Below are positions 18,804 through 29,094 of a stretch of DNA of 64,000 bases, in pieces; positions within the stretch are counted from its first letter, which is position 1; each line of letters starts with the position of its first letter. The DNA lies in NCBI GenBank assembly GCA_963715255.1, contig CAVQRN010000005.1, positions 78,564 through 142,563 of the forward strand, in the 5' to 3' direction. Below the pieces are notes generated by a model. The model saw only the letters and a list, made by a program, of their open reading frames with translations, ran no database searches and was not told the DNA's origin. The DNA is from an uncultured Actinomycetota bacterium. Lineage in GTDB: Bacteria > Actinomycetota > Acidimicrobiia > Spongiisociales > UBA5794. A program made the position numbers and the translations under genes.

Positions 18804-21800
18804 GTGCCGTACGACCCGCACCACCACGTTCGCATCGTGACCGCCACGTCGTTGTTCGATGGCCACGACGCCGCCATCAACATCATGAGGCGTCTTCTCC
18901 AGTCGACCGGTGCGGAGGTCATCCACCTCGGTCACAACCGCTCGGCTGCCGACATAGCGTCCGCGGCCATCGAAGAGGACGCTCAAGCAGTCGCCATCAC
19001 GTCGTACCAGGGCGGGCACATGGAGTTCTTCCGATACGTGCGCAGCCTGCTCGACGAGGCAGGCGCAACCCATGTGAAGATCTTCGGCGGCGGCGGGGGA
19101 ACGATCCTGCCGCAGGAAGCGGAGGAGTTGGAACGATCGGGGATCGAGAGGATCTACTCGCCCGACGACGGACGGGATCTCGGGCTCCAGGGCATGATCG
19201 ACGATCTGCTCGAACGCGCCGATTTCCCGGTGGTAAGCGATGCGCCACTCGACCCGGCCGATCTCAGCCCCGCCACCCCCGGTCTGCTCGGGCGAATGAT
19301 CTCAACGGTTGAGCAGGACGCCGACAGCGACCTTGTGTCGGCGGCACGAGAGGCAGGTGCCGGGAGCGACGCACCAGTGATCGGGATTACCGGCACCGGT
19401 GGGGCCGGCAAGTCGTCACTCATCGACGAAATCGTGGTGAGGTACCTCGCCGATTTCTCCGAACGGACCGTGGCCATTGTTTCGGTAGATCCCTCGCGGC
19501 GACGCTCGGGTGGCGCCCTGCTCGGCGACCGCATCCGCATGAACTCCGTCACTCATCCCCGTGTGTTCATGCGGTCCCTCGCTACCCGGCAGGCGAACCT
19601 CGCGCTCTCCCCACACGTTGCCTCGACCGTGGATCTCGTCAAGGCGGCCGGGTACGACCTCGTCATCCTCGAGACGTCGGGGATTGGGCAGGCCGACACC
19701 GAGATCGTGGATCACGCCGATCTTGCCCTCTATGTGATGACGCCCGAATACGGTGCCGCGAGCCAGCTCGAGAAGGTCGACATGCTCGACTTCGCCGACC
19801 TGATCGTCGTGAACAAGGCCGATCGGCGCGGCGCCGAAGATGCCGTTCGCGACGTTCGCAAGCAGTACCGACGAAACCACGGAGCCTTCGAGTCGACAGA
19901 CGAAGAGCTTCCGATCTACGCGACCGTGGCATCCCATTTCAACGATGCGGGCACCAACCGCTTCTACCGGGCGCTCATGGGAGCCGTCGACCTTCGAGCG
20001 CACGGCCGGTTCGCCTCGACGATCGAACTCCCCACGGATCATGGGGGCGAGCGGCCGATCATCCCGAAGGACCGCGTCAGGTACCTCTCAGAGATCTCCG
20101 ACACGATCCGGACCTACAACCGGAGCGTCGATGAGCAGGGAAACCTCGCAACCGAGGCACAGGCACTGGCGGTCGTTGCCCGGCGAAACGACGACGGGGC
20201 GATGGCCGCCGCGAGCCGCGATGTGCAGGCATCACTCGATCCGGGGGCCGCAGCGATCCTCGCCGAATGGGACAGCACCGCCGCAACGTACACCGCCGAC
20301 GCCATCACCTATGAAATACGCGGCAGTGAGATCGAGGTACAGACGTCATCGACGACCCTGTCCGGTACTCGCATTCCGAAGGTCGTCTTCCCCCGGCTGA
20401 TCGGCTGGGGCGACCGGGTGCGGTGGGGTCTCCAGGAGAATCTCCCCGGCCGCTTCCCATTCACTGCCGGCGTGTTCCCGTTCAAACGGGCCGCCGAGGA
20501 TCCGACGCGGATGTTCGCGGGAGAGGGCGGCCCGGAGCAGACCAACCGCCGTTTCCACTACGTGTCGAGGGGGATGCCCGCGATCCGGCTCTCGACTGCG
20601 TTCGACTCGGTGACGCTCTACGGCGACGATCCGGACACCAGGCCAGACATCTACGGAAAGGTCGGGAACTCAGGGGTCTCGGTCGCCACACTCGACGATG
20701 CGAAGAAGCTCTACTCAGGATTCGATCTCCTCGACCCGGCAACGTCCGTTTCGATGACGATCAACGGTCCCGCGCCGATGATGCTCGCCTTCTTCCTGAA
20801 CGCAGCGATCGATCAGCAGTGTGAGCGCTACATCGTCGGGCACGACATGCAGGGAGAGCTCGAGGCTGCTCTCGTCCAGAGATACGAGAATCGCGGATTC
20901 CCACGGCCCCGATACCACGGCGACCTTCCCCCCGGAAACGACGGTCTCGGGTTGATGCTTCTCGGACTCGCCGGCGATCAGGTGCTTCCGTCCGATGTCT
21001 ACGAAGCGATCAAAGCAGACGTCTTGTCCCGTGTGCGGGGAACCATCCAGGCTGACATCCTCAAGGAGGATCAGGCCCAAAACACCTGCATCTTCTCCAC
21101 GGAATTCGCGCTTCGCATGCAGGGTGACATCCAGGAGCTCTTCATCGACCGTTCGGTCCGCAACTTCTATTCGGTCTCGATCTCCGGCTACCACATGGCG
21201 GAGGCCGGCGCGAACCCGATCACCCAGCTGGCATTCACCCTGGCGAACGGGTTCACCTTCGTCGAGTACTTCCTCTCGCGAGGGATGCCGATCGACACGT
21301 TCGCGCCGAACCTGTCGTTCTTCTTCTCGAACGGCGTCGACGCCGAATACGCCGTCATCGGGCGGGTCGCTCGCAGAATCTGGGCAAAGGCGATGCGTGA
21401 TCGATACGACGCATCGGAACGATCCCAGAAACTGAAGTATCACATCCAGACGTCCGGCCGGTCCTTGCACGCTCAGGAGATCGGATTCAACGACATTCGC
21501 ACCACCCTTCAGGCGCTGTACGCGATCTACGACAACTGCAACTCGCTGCATACGAACGCCTACGACGAGGCGGTCACGACGCCGACCGAGGAGTCGGTCC
21601 GCCGCGCCTTGGCGATTCAGCTGATCATCAACCGCGAACTCGGTCTGGCGCGGAACGAGAACCCGATGCAAGGCTCTTTCATCATCGACGAACTCACCGA
21701 TCTCGTCGAAGAGGCCGTTCTCGTCGAGTTCGACCGTCTCACGGATCGGGGCGGTGTGCTCGGAGCGATGGAGCTGATGTATCAGCGTTCGAAGATTCAG

Positions 21801-22136
21801 GAGGAGTCGCTGCGATACGAGCGAATGAAGTCGACGGGTGAACTCCCGATCGTGGGCGTGAATACGTTCTTGTCCGAGGAAGGCTCGCCCTTCATGGTCC
21901 CTGATACGATCATCCGCTCTACCGACGAAGACAAGCACCGGCAGATCGACGCCGCCTCGTTGGTGAAGGAACTCAACGCCGACGTTGCCGCTGTGGCGAT
22001 CGGCAAGCTCCAACGGACCGCCATCGACGGCGGCAACACGTTCGAGGCGCTCATGGAGGCAGCGAAGTACTGCACGATCGGGCAACTCTCGAACGCTCTG
22101 TACGATGTCGGTGGGCGATACCGGCGGAGTATGTAG
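18804..22136 (+). CDS. icmF: fused isobutyryl-CoA mutase IcmF (B12 domain + MeaB-like GTPase + mutase barrel)
   Basis: 1110 aa intact ORF. N-terminal B12-binding text [16 protein letters not shown] domain [13 protein letters not shown]...VNKADR, mutase region [27 protein letters not shown]. Confidence 0.88.
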   Translation: MPYDPHHHVRIVTATSLFDGHDAAINIMRRLLQSTGAEVIHLGHNRSAADIASAAIEEDAQAVAITSYQGGHMEFFRYVRSLLDEAGATHVKIFGGGGGTILPQEAEELERSGIERIYSPDDGRDLGLQGMIDDLLERADFPVVSDAPLDPADLSPATPGLLGRMISTVEQDADSDLVSAAREAGAGSDAPVIGITGTGGAGKSSLIDEIVVRYLADFSERTVAIVSVDPSRRRSGGALLGDRIRMNSVTHPRVFMRSLATRQANLALSPHVASTVDLVKAAGYDLVILETSGIGQADTEIVDHADLALYVMTPEYGAASQLEKVDMLDFADLIVVNKADRRGAEDAVRDVRKQYRRNHGAFESTDEELPIYATVASHFNDAGTNRFYRALMGAVDLRAHGRFASTIELPTDHGGERPIIPKDRVRYLSEISDTIRTYNRSVDEQGNLATEAQALAVVARRNDDGAMAAASRDVQASLDPGAAAILAEWDSTAATYTADAITYEIRGSEIEVQTSSTTLSGTRIPKVVFPRLIGWGDRVRWGLQENLPGRFPFTAGVFPFKRAAEDPTRMFAGEGGPEQTNRRFHYVSRGMPAIRLSTAFDSVTLYGDDPDTRPDIYGKVGNSGVSVATLDDAKKLYSGFDLLDPATSVSMTINGPAPMMLAFFLNAAIDQQCERYIVGHDMQGELEAALVQRYENRGFPRPRYHGDLPPGNDGLGLMLLGLAGDQVLPSDVYEAIKADVLSRVRGTIQADILKEDQAQNTCIFSTEFALRMQGDIQELFIDRSVRNFYSVSISGYHMAEAGANPITQLAFTLANGFTFVEYFLSRGMPIDTFAPNLSFFFSNGVDAEYAVIGRVARRIWAKAMRDRYDASERSQKLKYHIQTSGRSLHAQEIGFNDIRTTLQALYAIYDNCNSLHTNAYDEAVTTPTEESVRRALAIQLIINRELGLARNENPMQGSFIIDELTDLVEEAVLVEFDRLTDRGGVLGAMELMYQRSKIQEESLRYERMKSTGELPIVGVNTFLSEEGSPFMVPDTIIRSTDEDKHRQIDAASLVKELNADVAAVAIGKLQRTAIDGGNTFEALMEAAKYCTIGQLSNALYDVGGRYRRSM

Positions 22137-22189
22137 CTCTGCCGCGGTCCGTAGGTGGTGGTCGACACGATTCATGAGGAGGCCGAGTA

Positions 22190-22393
22190 GTGAGCAATCT
22201 TGGCGGACCGGAGCTCATGATCGTTGCGGTTTGTGTTGGACTGCTCGTCCTATGGATCATCGGAGTGGTCAAGCTGTTCCAGAAGGGTTACCCATCGCTG
22301 GGTTGGGTTGCCGTCGTCGGAATCATCGTTCCCGTCATTGCCCTCGTCGGCTTTGCCGGTTGGTTTGTACGGGATCGTTCCGTTCAAACCTGA
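22190..22393 (+). CDS. small membrane protein, two predicted TM helices
   Basis: 67 aa, GTG start preceded by gaggagg. Hydrophobic runs LMIVAVCVGLLVLWIIGVV and WVAVVGIIVPVIALVGFAGWFV. No homolog recognised. Confidence 0.5.
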   Translation: MSNLGGPELMIVAVCVGLLVLWIIGVVKLFQKGYPSLGWVAVVGIIVPVIALVGFAGWFVRDRSVQT

Positions 22394-22468
22394 TCGACTG
22401 CGGCAGTCGCAGCGCATCGCGAGAACAGGCTGTTCGATATCGCCGTTCTCCGCCCGTCGGCGAGCCGG

Positions 22469-22917
22469 TCAGGACGGCTGGATCGCTGATGCGATCTTGC
22501 TCGCTGTGACTTCCAACTCTTCGCGTGTTGGGGGGTGCCGCGGTGGACTTTGAGGCCGAAACCGTCGTCGGCGTAGCGGGGGACCACATGCAGATGAGCG
22601 TGGGCGACCTCCTGGCCGGCGTCGGGCCCGTCTGCCAGATAGAGATTGATTCCCTTGACGTTCTCGTCGCTCGCTCGGAGACCCGCGGCCATTCGTTTTG
22701 CGGCGTTCATCATGTGGGCCGCCGTGCCATCGTCGAGGTCGACGAGGTCAGGGAGGTGCTTGCGGGGGAGCACAAGGAGATGACCCGGCGTCACCGGATT
22801 GATGTCCATGATCGACACCACGACGTTGTCTTGGTAGACGTAGTTCGTGGGGAGTTCACCACTCAGGATGGCGCAGAAGACACAGAAGTCAGCAGGATCG
22901 GTCGGTTGATCGCTCAT
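22469..22917 (-). CDS. HIT (histidine triad) family hydrolase, 3' end shifted at a G6 homopolymer
   Basis: MSDQPTDPADFCVFCAILSGELP... with triad HAHLHVVPR. The last ~21 codons (PTREELEVTASKIASAIQPS*) continue in the neighbouring frame after the G run at 22530-22535. Track ORF 22384..23166 has spurious extensions at both ends. Confidence 0.8.
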
Positions 22918-22981
22918 GGATTCGAGCTTACCGGGCTTCGCCGTGGGTAGACGGTGGTCGGTACTCGGGGTTGGGATGGAG

Positions 22982-23009
22982 GCTGGTAGCTGGTAGCTGG
23001 CAGCTATCA
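22982..23009. repeat. heptamer array GCTGGTA GCTGGTA GCTGGCA GCTATCA
   Basis: Four tandem 7-mers. The last one contains the HNH gene stop (tca 23007-23009 on +). Same unit type as 50574..50587 and 43350..43363. Confidence 0.75.
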
Positions 23010-24113
23010 GGGCGGGTCGGGGCCGACGGGGGTGCGGATCAGGGCGCGCCGGCCCGGTGGGCTCTCGGGGTCGATGCGGAAGCCTTGATGGTGGACGGCG
23101 ACATGGTGATGGAACCAACACAACGTGGTCAGGTTCTCGGGATCGTGGGAACCGCCCACAGACCAATGGACGATGTGATGCGGCTCGAGCCGATACCGAC
23201 TCCTACAACCCGCGATCGTGCACCCGCCGTCACGATGCGCCACCAGCCTGCGGAGCGCGGGCGGGATCGTCCGAGCGGCCCGAGAGGTGACCATCGGTTC
23301 GCCATGGTGGAGGCCGATGATCTGCACACTGCCCGTGCACAGCAGTTCTTCGAGTGTGTTCGGTCCGACCCTCGGACCGTATTCGATCTCTGCGCCGGTC
23401 TCGCCGCCGGTCCCCTGTGCCCGGTCGAGATCCACAAACACCGACACCGACGACCCGGACGAGGCTTCACCGTCGCTCGTACGGTCGAGAGAGTCGTGTG
23501 CCATCGCAACCAGACCGTCGGCCTGACGCTGCCCCCTGGTAGACATGTCACCGCCGGTCAGGGTCCGGAACTCGTCGGCACGTGCGTGAAGCGCCGTTTC
23601 GACGATCCTTCCCTCCACACCGGGCAAGAGGCCCCACAGGCGCCATGACGACTCATCCAACGTCGGCTGGATAGCCACGAACCGCTCGGCGAACACGTCG
23701 TGCTCATCGACGCGAGTGATACGCCGCTGCCGGGCCGTCAACCGCCCGACGCCGGCGAGGTCCAACGACTCGGAGTGCTCCAACGTTGTTTCGTCCGCAC
23801 CCGCCACCGCGAGGCGGAGCATCGCGACGGTCCGATCGAACGTGAGATCACCGTTGACGAGCCGATGCTCGATCCGGCGATGCCGCTTCAACTGACGGGC
23901 CGCGAACACGAGATCCGACGCCGCAGTGTGCGACACGTCGAACCGCGAGGTCACCCACTCAGTGGTCGACCGCGATCCCGTCGACGCTGCGATGTTGATC
24001 TTGTCCAATTCGTTGATCAACACGGCCTGCCGGTTTCGAATGCCCGAGGCCCGCGCCTCGAGCGAACGGAGTTCTTCTTCCATCTCAGGCACGGAACGGG
24101 TTGACCAGAACAT
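23007..24113 (-). CDS. DUF222-type HNH endonuclease
   Basis: 368 aa. C-terminal HNH motif CRSRYRLEPHHIVHWSVGGSHDPENLTTLCWFHHHVAVH with a long helical N-terminal region. This architecture is typical of the multicopy actinobacterial HNH family. Confidence 0.85.
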   Translation of the reverse strand: MFWSTRSVPEMEEELRSLEARASGIRNRQAVLINELDKINIAASTGSRSTTEWVTSRFDVSHTAASDLVFAARQLKRHRRIEHRLVNGDLTFDRTVAMLRLAVAGADETTLEHSESLDLAGVGRLTARQRRITRVDEHDVFAERFVAIQPTLDESSWRLWGLLPGVEGRIVETALHARADEFRTLTGGDMSTRGQRQADGLVAMAHDSLDRTSDGEASSGSSVSVFVDLDRAQGTGGETGAEIEYGPRVGPNTLEELLCTGSVQIIGLHHGEPMVTSRAARTIPPALRRLVAHRDGGCTIAGCRSRYRLEPHHIVHWSVGGSHDPENLTTLCWFHHHVAVHHQGFRIDPESPPGRRALIRTPVGPDPP

Positions 24114-24208
24114 GGAGACAACGTATCAAGCAGGTACGACAGAAAACGCCTCTACGGTGCCCAATTCCCGAACCTTCTCGCGCCGATTCCGGCGCGGATG
24201 ATCGCGGC

Positions 24209-25582
24209 GTGGATGTCGACGCAGTCAAGTCCCGGATCGCCGAGTTTCATCGCGGCAAGAAGTGGATTCTCCTCCCGGACGCAGCGGCCGTAGCGACGCC
24301 GGTCGTCGAAAGGCTCAGGGAGTGGGGCGCCGACGGCATCATGATCGTGGCAGCAATCGAAGGCGTGGGTGAACTCCCGAACGCCGACCGGTTCCACTAC
24401 ACCCGAACAACCGGAGCGACGATCATGGGCGGCGTACGGGCCTACCTCGACTCGGTTGAGCATCCTTCCGCTGCGCTCCTTGCAGCAGTCGACCGGTTCG
24501 ACCCGGGCCACGATGCGATGGTGCTCGGCGCAGGTTTCAGCAGACACAGCACCCTTGTTGGCCGACCGGTGTACGGCGCGAAGCCCGCCGTCTGGGGATC
24601 GCTCGAGGACAAGACGACTGTCGACCAACTCTGGGACGACGCCGCCGTCCGTCGGGCGCCTTCTGCCGTTGTGCCAGTCGCAGATGCGTCCGTCGCCGCG
24701 GCGAACCTGACGTCGGATCTCGGTACGGTCTGGGTCGCCGACAACAGGGAAGGCTGGCACGGGGGAGGAGAGTATGCCCGGTGGGTCCGGAGCGCTGAGG
24801 ATGTGGTGCCGGCCGTGGAATGGTTCTCGGAACATGCGGCAACCGTTCGCGTCATGCCCTTCTTGGACGGTATTCCGTGCTCGATCCACGGATTCGTCAC
24901 CGGCGACGGCGTCGCGGTGTTTCTCCCGATGGAGATGATCATGCTTCGGCACGCGGAGCAGCCTGCGTTCATCTACGCACAAGCGGCGAACTTCTGGAAC
25001 CCCCCGGTGGAAGTGCGGGACGAGATGCGCGGTGCGGGTCGCCGAGTCGGCACACTCCTCGCAGAGAGGCACGGTTACCTTGGTGGGTTCGGAGTCGACG
25101 GCGTGTGCACGTGGAACGGGTTTCTCCCAACCGAACTCAATCCACGCCGCAGTATCGGTCACGGGCTGCAATCCCGTGCCGCAGAGATTCCTCTCGACAG
25201 CATCGAGGGCATGCTGATCGAGGGCGATATCGACATCGCTGCCCAAGATCTGGAGGAGACGATCATCTCCGCAGCCACGACACGACGCAAGGGTGGCATG
25301 CTCTTGTCGTTGACCGAGCCACACGATGCTGCGAAGACGGGCATTCGGTTCAACGGATCCAGGGCAATTGCCGTCGATCCCGACGGAGAGAAGGACGGAG
25401 TCATGGAGATCGGACCGTCGGCCGTGGGATCGATCATCATCCTGCAACTCGACGCCGACCGCACACCGGTCGGTCCATCGGTAGCGCCGATGGCGATCCA
25501 GGCGATCGATCTGGCTCGCGACCTCTGGGGAATTGCCATGCCCCCGCTCGAATCAGCACCGGACCTTTGCAGTGAGCAGTAG
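24209..25582 (+). CDS. ATP-grasp fold protein of unknown specificity
   Basis: In frame with track ORF 24101..25582 (TTG). GTG 24209 is preferred because it avoids overlap with the divergent HNH gene. ATP-grasp-like core VRVMPFLDGIPCSIHGFV...GGFGVDGV...LPTELNPR. Confidence 0.6.
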   Translation: MDVDAVKSRIAEFHRGKKWILLPDAAAVATPVVERLREWGADGIMIVAAIEGVGELPNADRFHYTRTTGATIMGGVRAYLDSVEHPSAALLAAVDRFDPGHDAMVLGAGFSRHSTLVGRPVYGAKPAVWGSLEDKTTVDQLWDDAAVRRAPSAVVPVADASVAAANLTSDLGTVWVADNREGWHGGGEYARWVRSAEDVVPAVEWFSEHAATVRVMPFLDGIPCSIHGFVTGDGVAVFLPMEMIMLRHAEQPAFIYAQAANFWNPPVEVRDEMRGAGRRVGTLLAERHGYLGGFGVDGVCTWNGFLPTELNPRRSIGHGLQSRAAEIPLDSIEGMLIEGDIDIAAQDLEETIISAATTRRKGGMLLSLTEPHDAAKTGIRFNGSRAIAVDPDGEKDGVMEIGPSAVGSIIILQLDADRTPVGPSVAPMAIQAIDLARDLWGIAMPPLESAPDLCSEQ

Positions 25583-25625
25583 AGGAGTGCTGAGCTACTC
25601 GGCTACTCGGCTCCTCGGCTCCCCG
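25576..25625. repeat. GCAGTAGA unit plus GCTACTCG octamer array (4 units)
   Basis: gcagtaga (contains the TAG stop 25580-25582), then gctactcg gctactcg gctcctcg gctccccg (25594-25625), abutting the stop of the convergent lipoprotein gene. Confidence 0.75.
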
Positions 25626-26519
25626 TCACGGAAGATCAAGGGGGACTTCTACCCCGGACACCGGTTCTCCCTCTTCCGTCATGATTCCTACGAAGAGGTC
25701 GACGGATCCTGATGGGCCGTCGGCCAGACCCACTTCGAAGGCGTGCCAAACGTGGACCGGTGAGAGGGTCGAGACCGATCGGTCGATGGAGACTCCCGTC
25801 GAGTCGGAGAGACGGATCCGCACCGCATCGACACCGGGAGCCGCGTAGCCGGAGATCTGGAGCGGATACAGGCCGACACCGGTCTGGGGACTCATGAGCA
25901 CGATCTCACCTCCGGAGAATGGTCGTGCGATCGGGAGATCCTCTTGGGCCGGGATCAGATCGATGACAAGTCTGGCGGGGGACGTGGTGGTGAAGGCTCG
26001 AGCCGCTGCCCGTCGACCGAGGTGGAGATCCACATCGAGGCCATCATCGACCCCCTCGATGACGAACCACCCGTCGACGAGGTCCCCGTTGAGTGTCGTG
26101 TCGGCCACTGCCGAGTCCACGATCGCGTCCGACAACGTCACACGCACAATTCCGGTGTCGGAGAGAATCGAGACCCCGACGGGACCGATGCGAGAAGCCG
26201 GCGATCCGCCGACCGAGAGGAATTCGACCTCGATCCGTTCGCACCCGTCGAGTGCGTACCAGCGGATACCGGCGATCGCACGGGCATCACGGCCCTGGCT
26301 GTCCAGGGCTGCGACGGTGCCTTGTTCGACGAACGGCAGCTCTCCGGAGAGACACAACGGCGCATCGGTCGGACGTGTGGTCGTCGTGGTCGGCGCGGTC
26401 GTCGTCGACTCCTCGGCCGACTCGGTGGGGGCGCATGCGGTCATGACCACCATGACCGCGATGAGTAGTGGCGTGACCCGCATCCGGCGAGAATACCGGT
26501 GCCGGGGAGTTCGTCTCAT
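25626..26519 (-). CDS. secreted lipoprotein, unknown function (beta-rich, Ig-like C-terminal region)
   Basis: Track ORF 25626..26567. Start is probably Met-17 (26519) or Met-29 (26483). Basic n-region, then a lipobox (LLIAVMVVMTAC) and a Thr/Pro linker TTTAPTTTTTRPT. Confidence 0.65.
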   Translation of the reverse strand: MRRTPRHRYSRRMRVTPLLIAVMVVMTACAPTESAEESTTTAPTTTTTRPTDAPLCLSGELPFVEQGTVAALDSQGRDARAIAGIRWYALDGCERIEVEFLSVGGSPASRIGPVGVSILSDTGIVRVTLSDAIVDSAVADTTLNGDLVDGWFVIEGVDDGLDVDLHLGRRAAARAFTTTSPARLVIDLIPAQEDLPIARPFSGGEIVLMSPQTGVGLYPLQISGYAAPGVDAVRIRLSDSTGVSIDRSVSTLSPVHVWHAFEVGLADGPSGSVDLFVGIMTEEGEPVSGVEVPLDLP

Positions 26520-26609
26520 TTGACTAAAGGTCGAGAAGTACCGACAATACGGTAGATGTCGTCCCATGAACGATCCGACCTCGTGACGGACTCCAAATCT
26601 CAGCCCACG

Positions 26610-27945
26610 ATGAGGACCTTCTTCATCGTCTGGGCCGGACAGCTCGTCTCGCTCATCGGCACCAATCTGACCGGCTTCGGCCTGAGCATCTACGTGTTCC
26701 AGGAGACCGGATCGGTGACACAGCTTGCCACGGTGATGCTCGCCTCACAGCTACCTCAGATCCTGATCACACCCTTCGCTGGGGCCCTCGTCGACCGGTG
26801 GGACCGGAGAAAGGCGATGATCCTCGCCGACGCCGGCGCCGGGGCGGGGACGATTGTTCTGGTGCTGCTCTACTTGACCGGCTCCCTCGCTCTGTGGAAC
26901 ATCGCAATCGCCGTGGCAATCTCCGGCATGTTCCAAGCATTCCAGTGGCCTGCCTACTCGGCGGCAATGGCCGTACTCGTGCCGAAGGAGCACTTCGGGC
27001 GAGCATCCGGACTCGTTCAGATGGCCGAGGCGCTCGGGCAGCTTGGGGGGCCGATTCTCGCTGGATTCGCTCTCGCGTTTTCGGGGATCGGTGCCGTCTT
27101 CGCCATCGACGTTCTCACGTTCTCGGTCGCGATCATGACCCTCCTCGTCGTGAGATTCCCCAGACCGAAGGCGAGCGAAGCCGGCACCGAAGGCGCCGGG
27201 AGCCTCTGGCACGAGACGAAGTACGGTTTCAAGTACTTGATCGCTCGTCACGGACTGCTCGCTCTCCTGCTGTATTTCGCGGTCATCAACGTTCGCGTTT
27301 GGATTCGTCGGTCCTCTCTTCATCCCGCTGGGGCTCTCTCTCACATCGGAGGCAGGGCTCGGGATGGCGTTCACGGTGGCATCGTTGGGCATGTTGGTCG
27401 GCTCGATCGTGGCCAGCACCTGGGGAGGCCCGAAGAAGCGGGTCCTCGGCCTCGTCCTGGGAGGTGCTTTCCTCGGCGTGGTGTTCGCCACGGTTGGACT
27501 CAAAGCGTCGGTCTTCTGGATCACAGGAGTCATGTTCCTCGGCATGCTCTGGATCCCCACTGTCAATGCGACGAGCCAGGCGATCTGGTTGGCAAAGGTG
27601 GAAGCTGATCTTCAGGGGCGCGTATCCGCCGTGCGGCGGTTCATTGCCCAGGGTGCGGTTCCGATCGCCTACGTGCTGGTCGGCCCGCTCTCGGACCGCG
27701 TCTTTGAGCCGCTCATGGCTGAAGATGGTGCGTTGGCCGGCTCGGTCGGGGAGATCATCGGATCGGGATTCGGCCGCGGGTACGGGTTGTTCTTCATCGT
27801 GATTGGTCTGTTCGTTGTCGTGGCGTCCGTCGCGGCATGGATGTACCCGCCGCTGCGCCACCTCGAGCGAGACATCCCCGACGTTGTGCAGGAAGTGGAG
27901 TCGCAGAAGTCGGAGACGACGTCCACGGAGGTTCCGGGGGTGTGA
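26610..27945 (+). CDS. MFS transporter, one extra base near 27291
   Basis: MRTFFIVWAGQLVSLIGTNLTGFG... (track ORF 26556..27608) continues as FAFGFVGPLFIPLGLSLTSEAGLGMAFTVASLGMLVGS... in the frame of ORF 27364..27945. About 12 hydrophobic helices. Confidence 0.8.
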
Positions 27946-27957
27946 TAGGTTCGCTCG

Positions 27958-29094
27958 ATGCCGTTCCCGGCGCCCGACCCCGACCTTGCATACCGATTCC
28001 TCACCGGCGCTTCTTCAACGGGAGCGTTGTTCTCTGAGGCTCGACGGCTTCGTGATGAGGGAAAAGGCAGAACGGTGACCTTCAGCAGGAAGGTCTTCAT
28101 CCCGCTGACCACGATGTGTCGCGATCGGTGTACCTACTGCACGTTCGCGAAACCACCGGGCGCAGGGGGCGTCTACATGACACCCGACGAGGTAATGGCC
28201 GTCGTCCGCGCCGGTGAGACGCGCGGGTGCACTGAAGCCCTGTTCACCCTCGGGGACCGACCGGAGGACCGATGGCCCGCGGCACAGGAATTCTTGGCCA
28301 GGAACGGCTACGAATCGACGGTCGCCTACGTCCAGCACATGACCGAACGCGTCGTAGGCGAGACCTCGCTCTTCCCTCACGCGAATCCTGGTCTCATGGA
28401 TGAGGCGACTCAGCGAGCGCTTCGGAGATCGAACCCGTCGCTCGGCCTCATGCTCGAGAACATCTCACCCCGCTTGATGGAGCCCGGGATGCCACATCAC
28501 GACTGCCCGGACAAGGACCCGACAGCGCGGATGGAGACGATCGAGACAGCCGGTCGTCTGAGCATCCCGTTCACGACCGGCATACTGGTGGGGATCGGAG
28601 AGACGCCGGTCGAGATCGTTGAGAGCCTCTTTGCTCTGGCCGAGATGCACGGGCGCCGGGGCCATCTCCAGGAAATCATCGTGCAGAATTTCCAACCGAA
28701 GGCCGACACCAGGATGCGCGACGTCGATCCTCCGCCGACCGAGTTCTTCTCCACCGTTGTGGCACTGACTCGCTGGGTCTTCGGTGCAGAGATGAACGTG
28801 CAGGTTCCGCCGAACCTGACCGACGACTACGGCGTCTACCTCGATGCCGGCATCAACGATTGGGGTGGTGTCTCGCCGCTCACGATCGATTGGGTGAATC
28901 CCGAGGCACCGTGGCCGCACCTCGATCGCCTGCGGTCGGTCACCGAGGCCGCCGGCTTCGGTCTTCGGCACCGATTCCCCGTGTATCCGGAGTACCTCAA
29001 CGACCGGTGGATCGACCCTGGGCTGCTGCCGATTCTGGTGAGTCGAGCGGACGATGACGGGTATCCTGTCGTCGAGGAGAAGGCGACCACATGA
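27958..29094 (+). CDS. cofG: FO (7,8-didemethyl-8-hydroxy-5-deazariboflavin) synthase subunit CofG
   Basis: 378 aa. Radical-SAM cluster motif CRDRCTYCTF. Adjacent to cofH with an ATGA overlap. Confidence 0.85.
   Translation: MPFPAPDPDLAYRFLTGASSTGALFSEARRLRDEGKGRTVTFSRKVFIPLTTMCRDRCTYCTFAKPPGAGGVYMTPDEVMAVVRAGETRGCTEALFTLGDRPEDRWPAAQEFLARNGYESTVAYVQHMTERVVGETSLFPHANPGLMDEATQRALRRSNPSLGLMLENISPRLMEPGMPHHDCPDKDPTARMETIETAGRLSIPFTTGILVGIGETPVEIVESLFALAEMHGRRGHLQEIIVQNFQPKADTRMRDVDPPPTEFFSTVVALTRWVFGAEMNVQVPPNLTDDYGVYLDAGINDWGGVSPLTIDWVNPEAPWPHLDRLRSVTEAAGFGLRHRFPVYPEYLNDRWIDPGLLPILVSRADDDGYPVVEEKATT

Noticed and set aside
20715-22175. 486 aa minus-strand ORF
   Set aside because: Antisense to the mutase domain of icmF. 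No recognisable motifs; a high-GC artefact.
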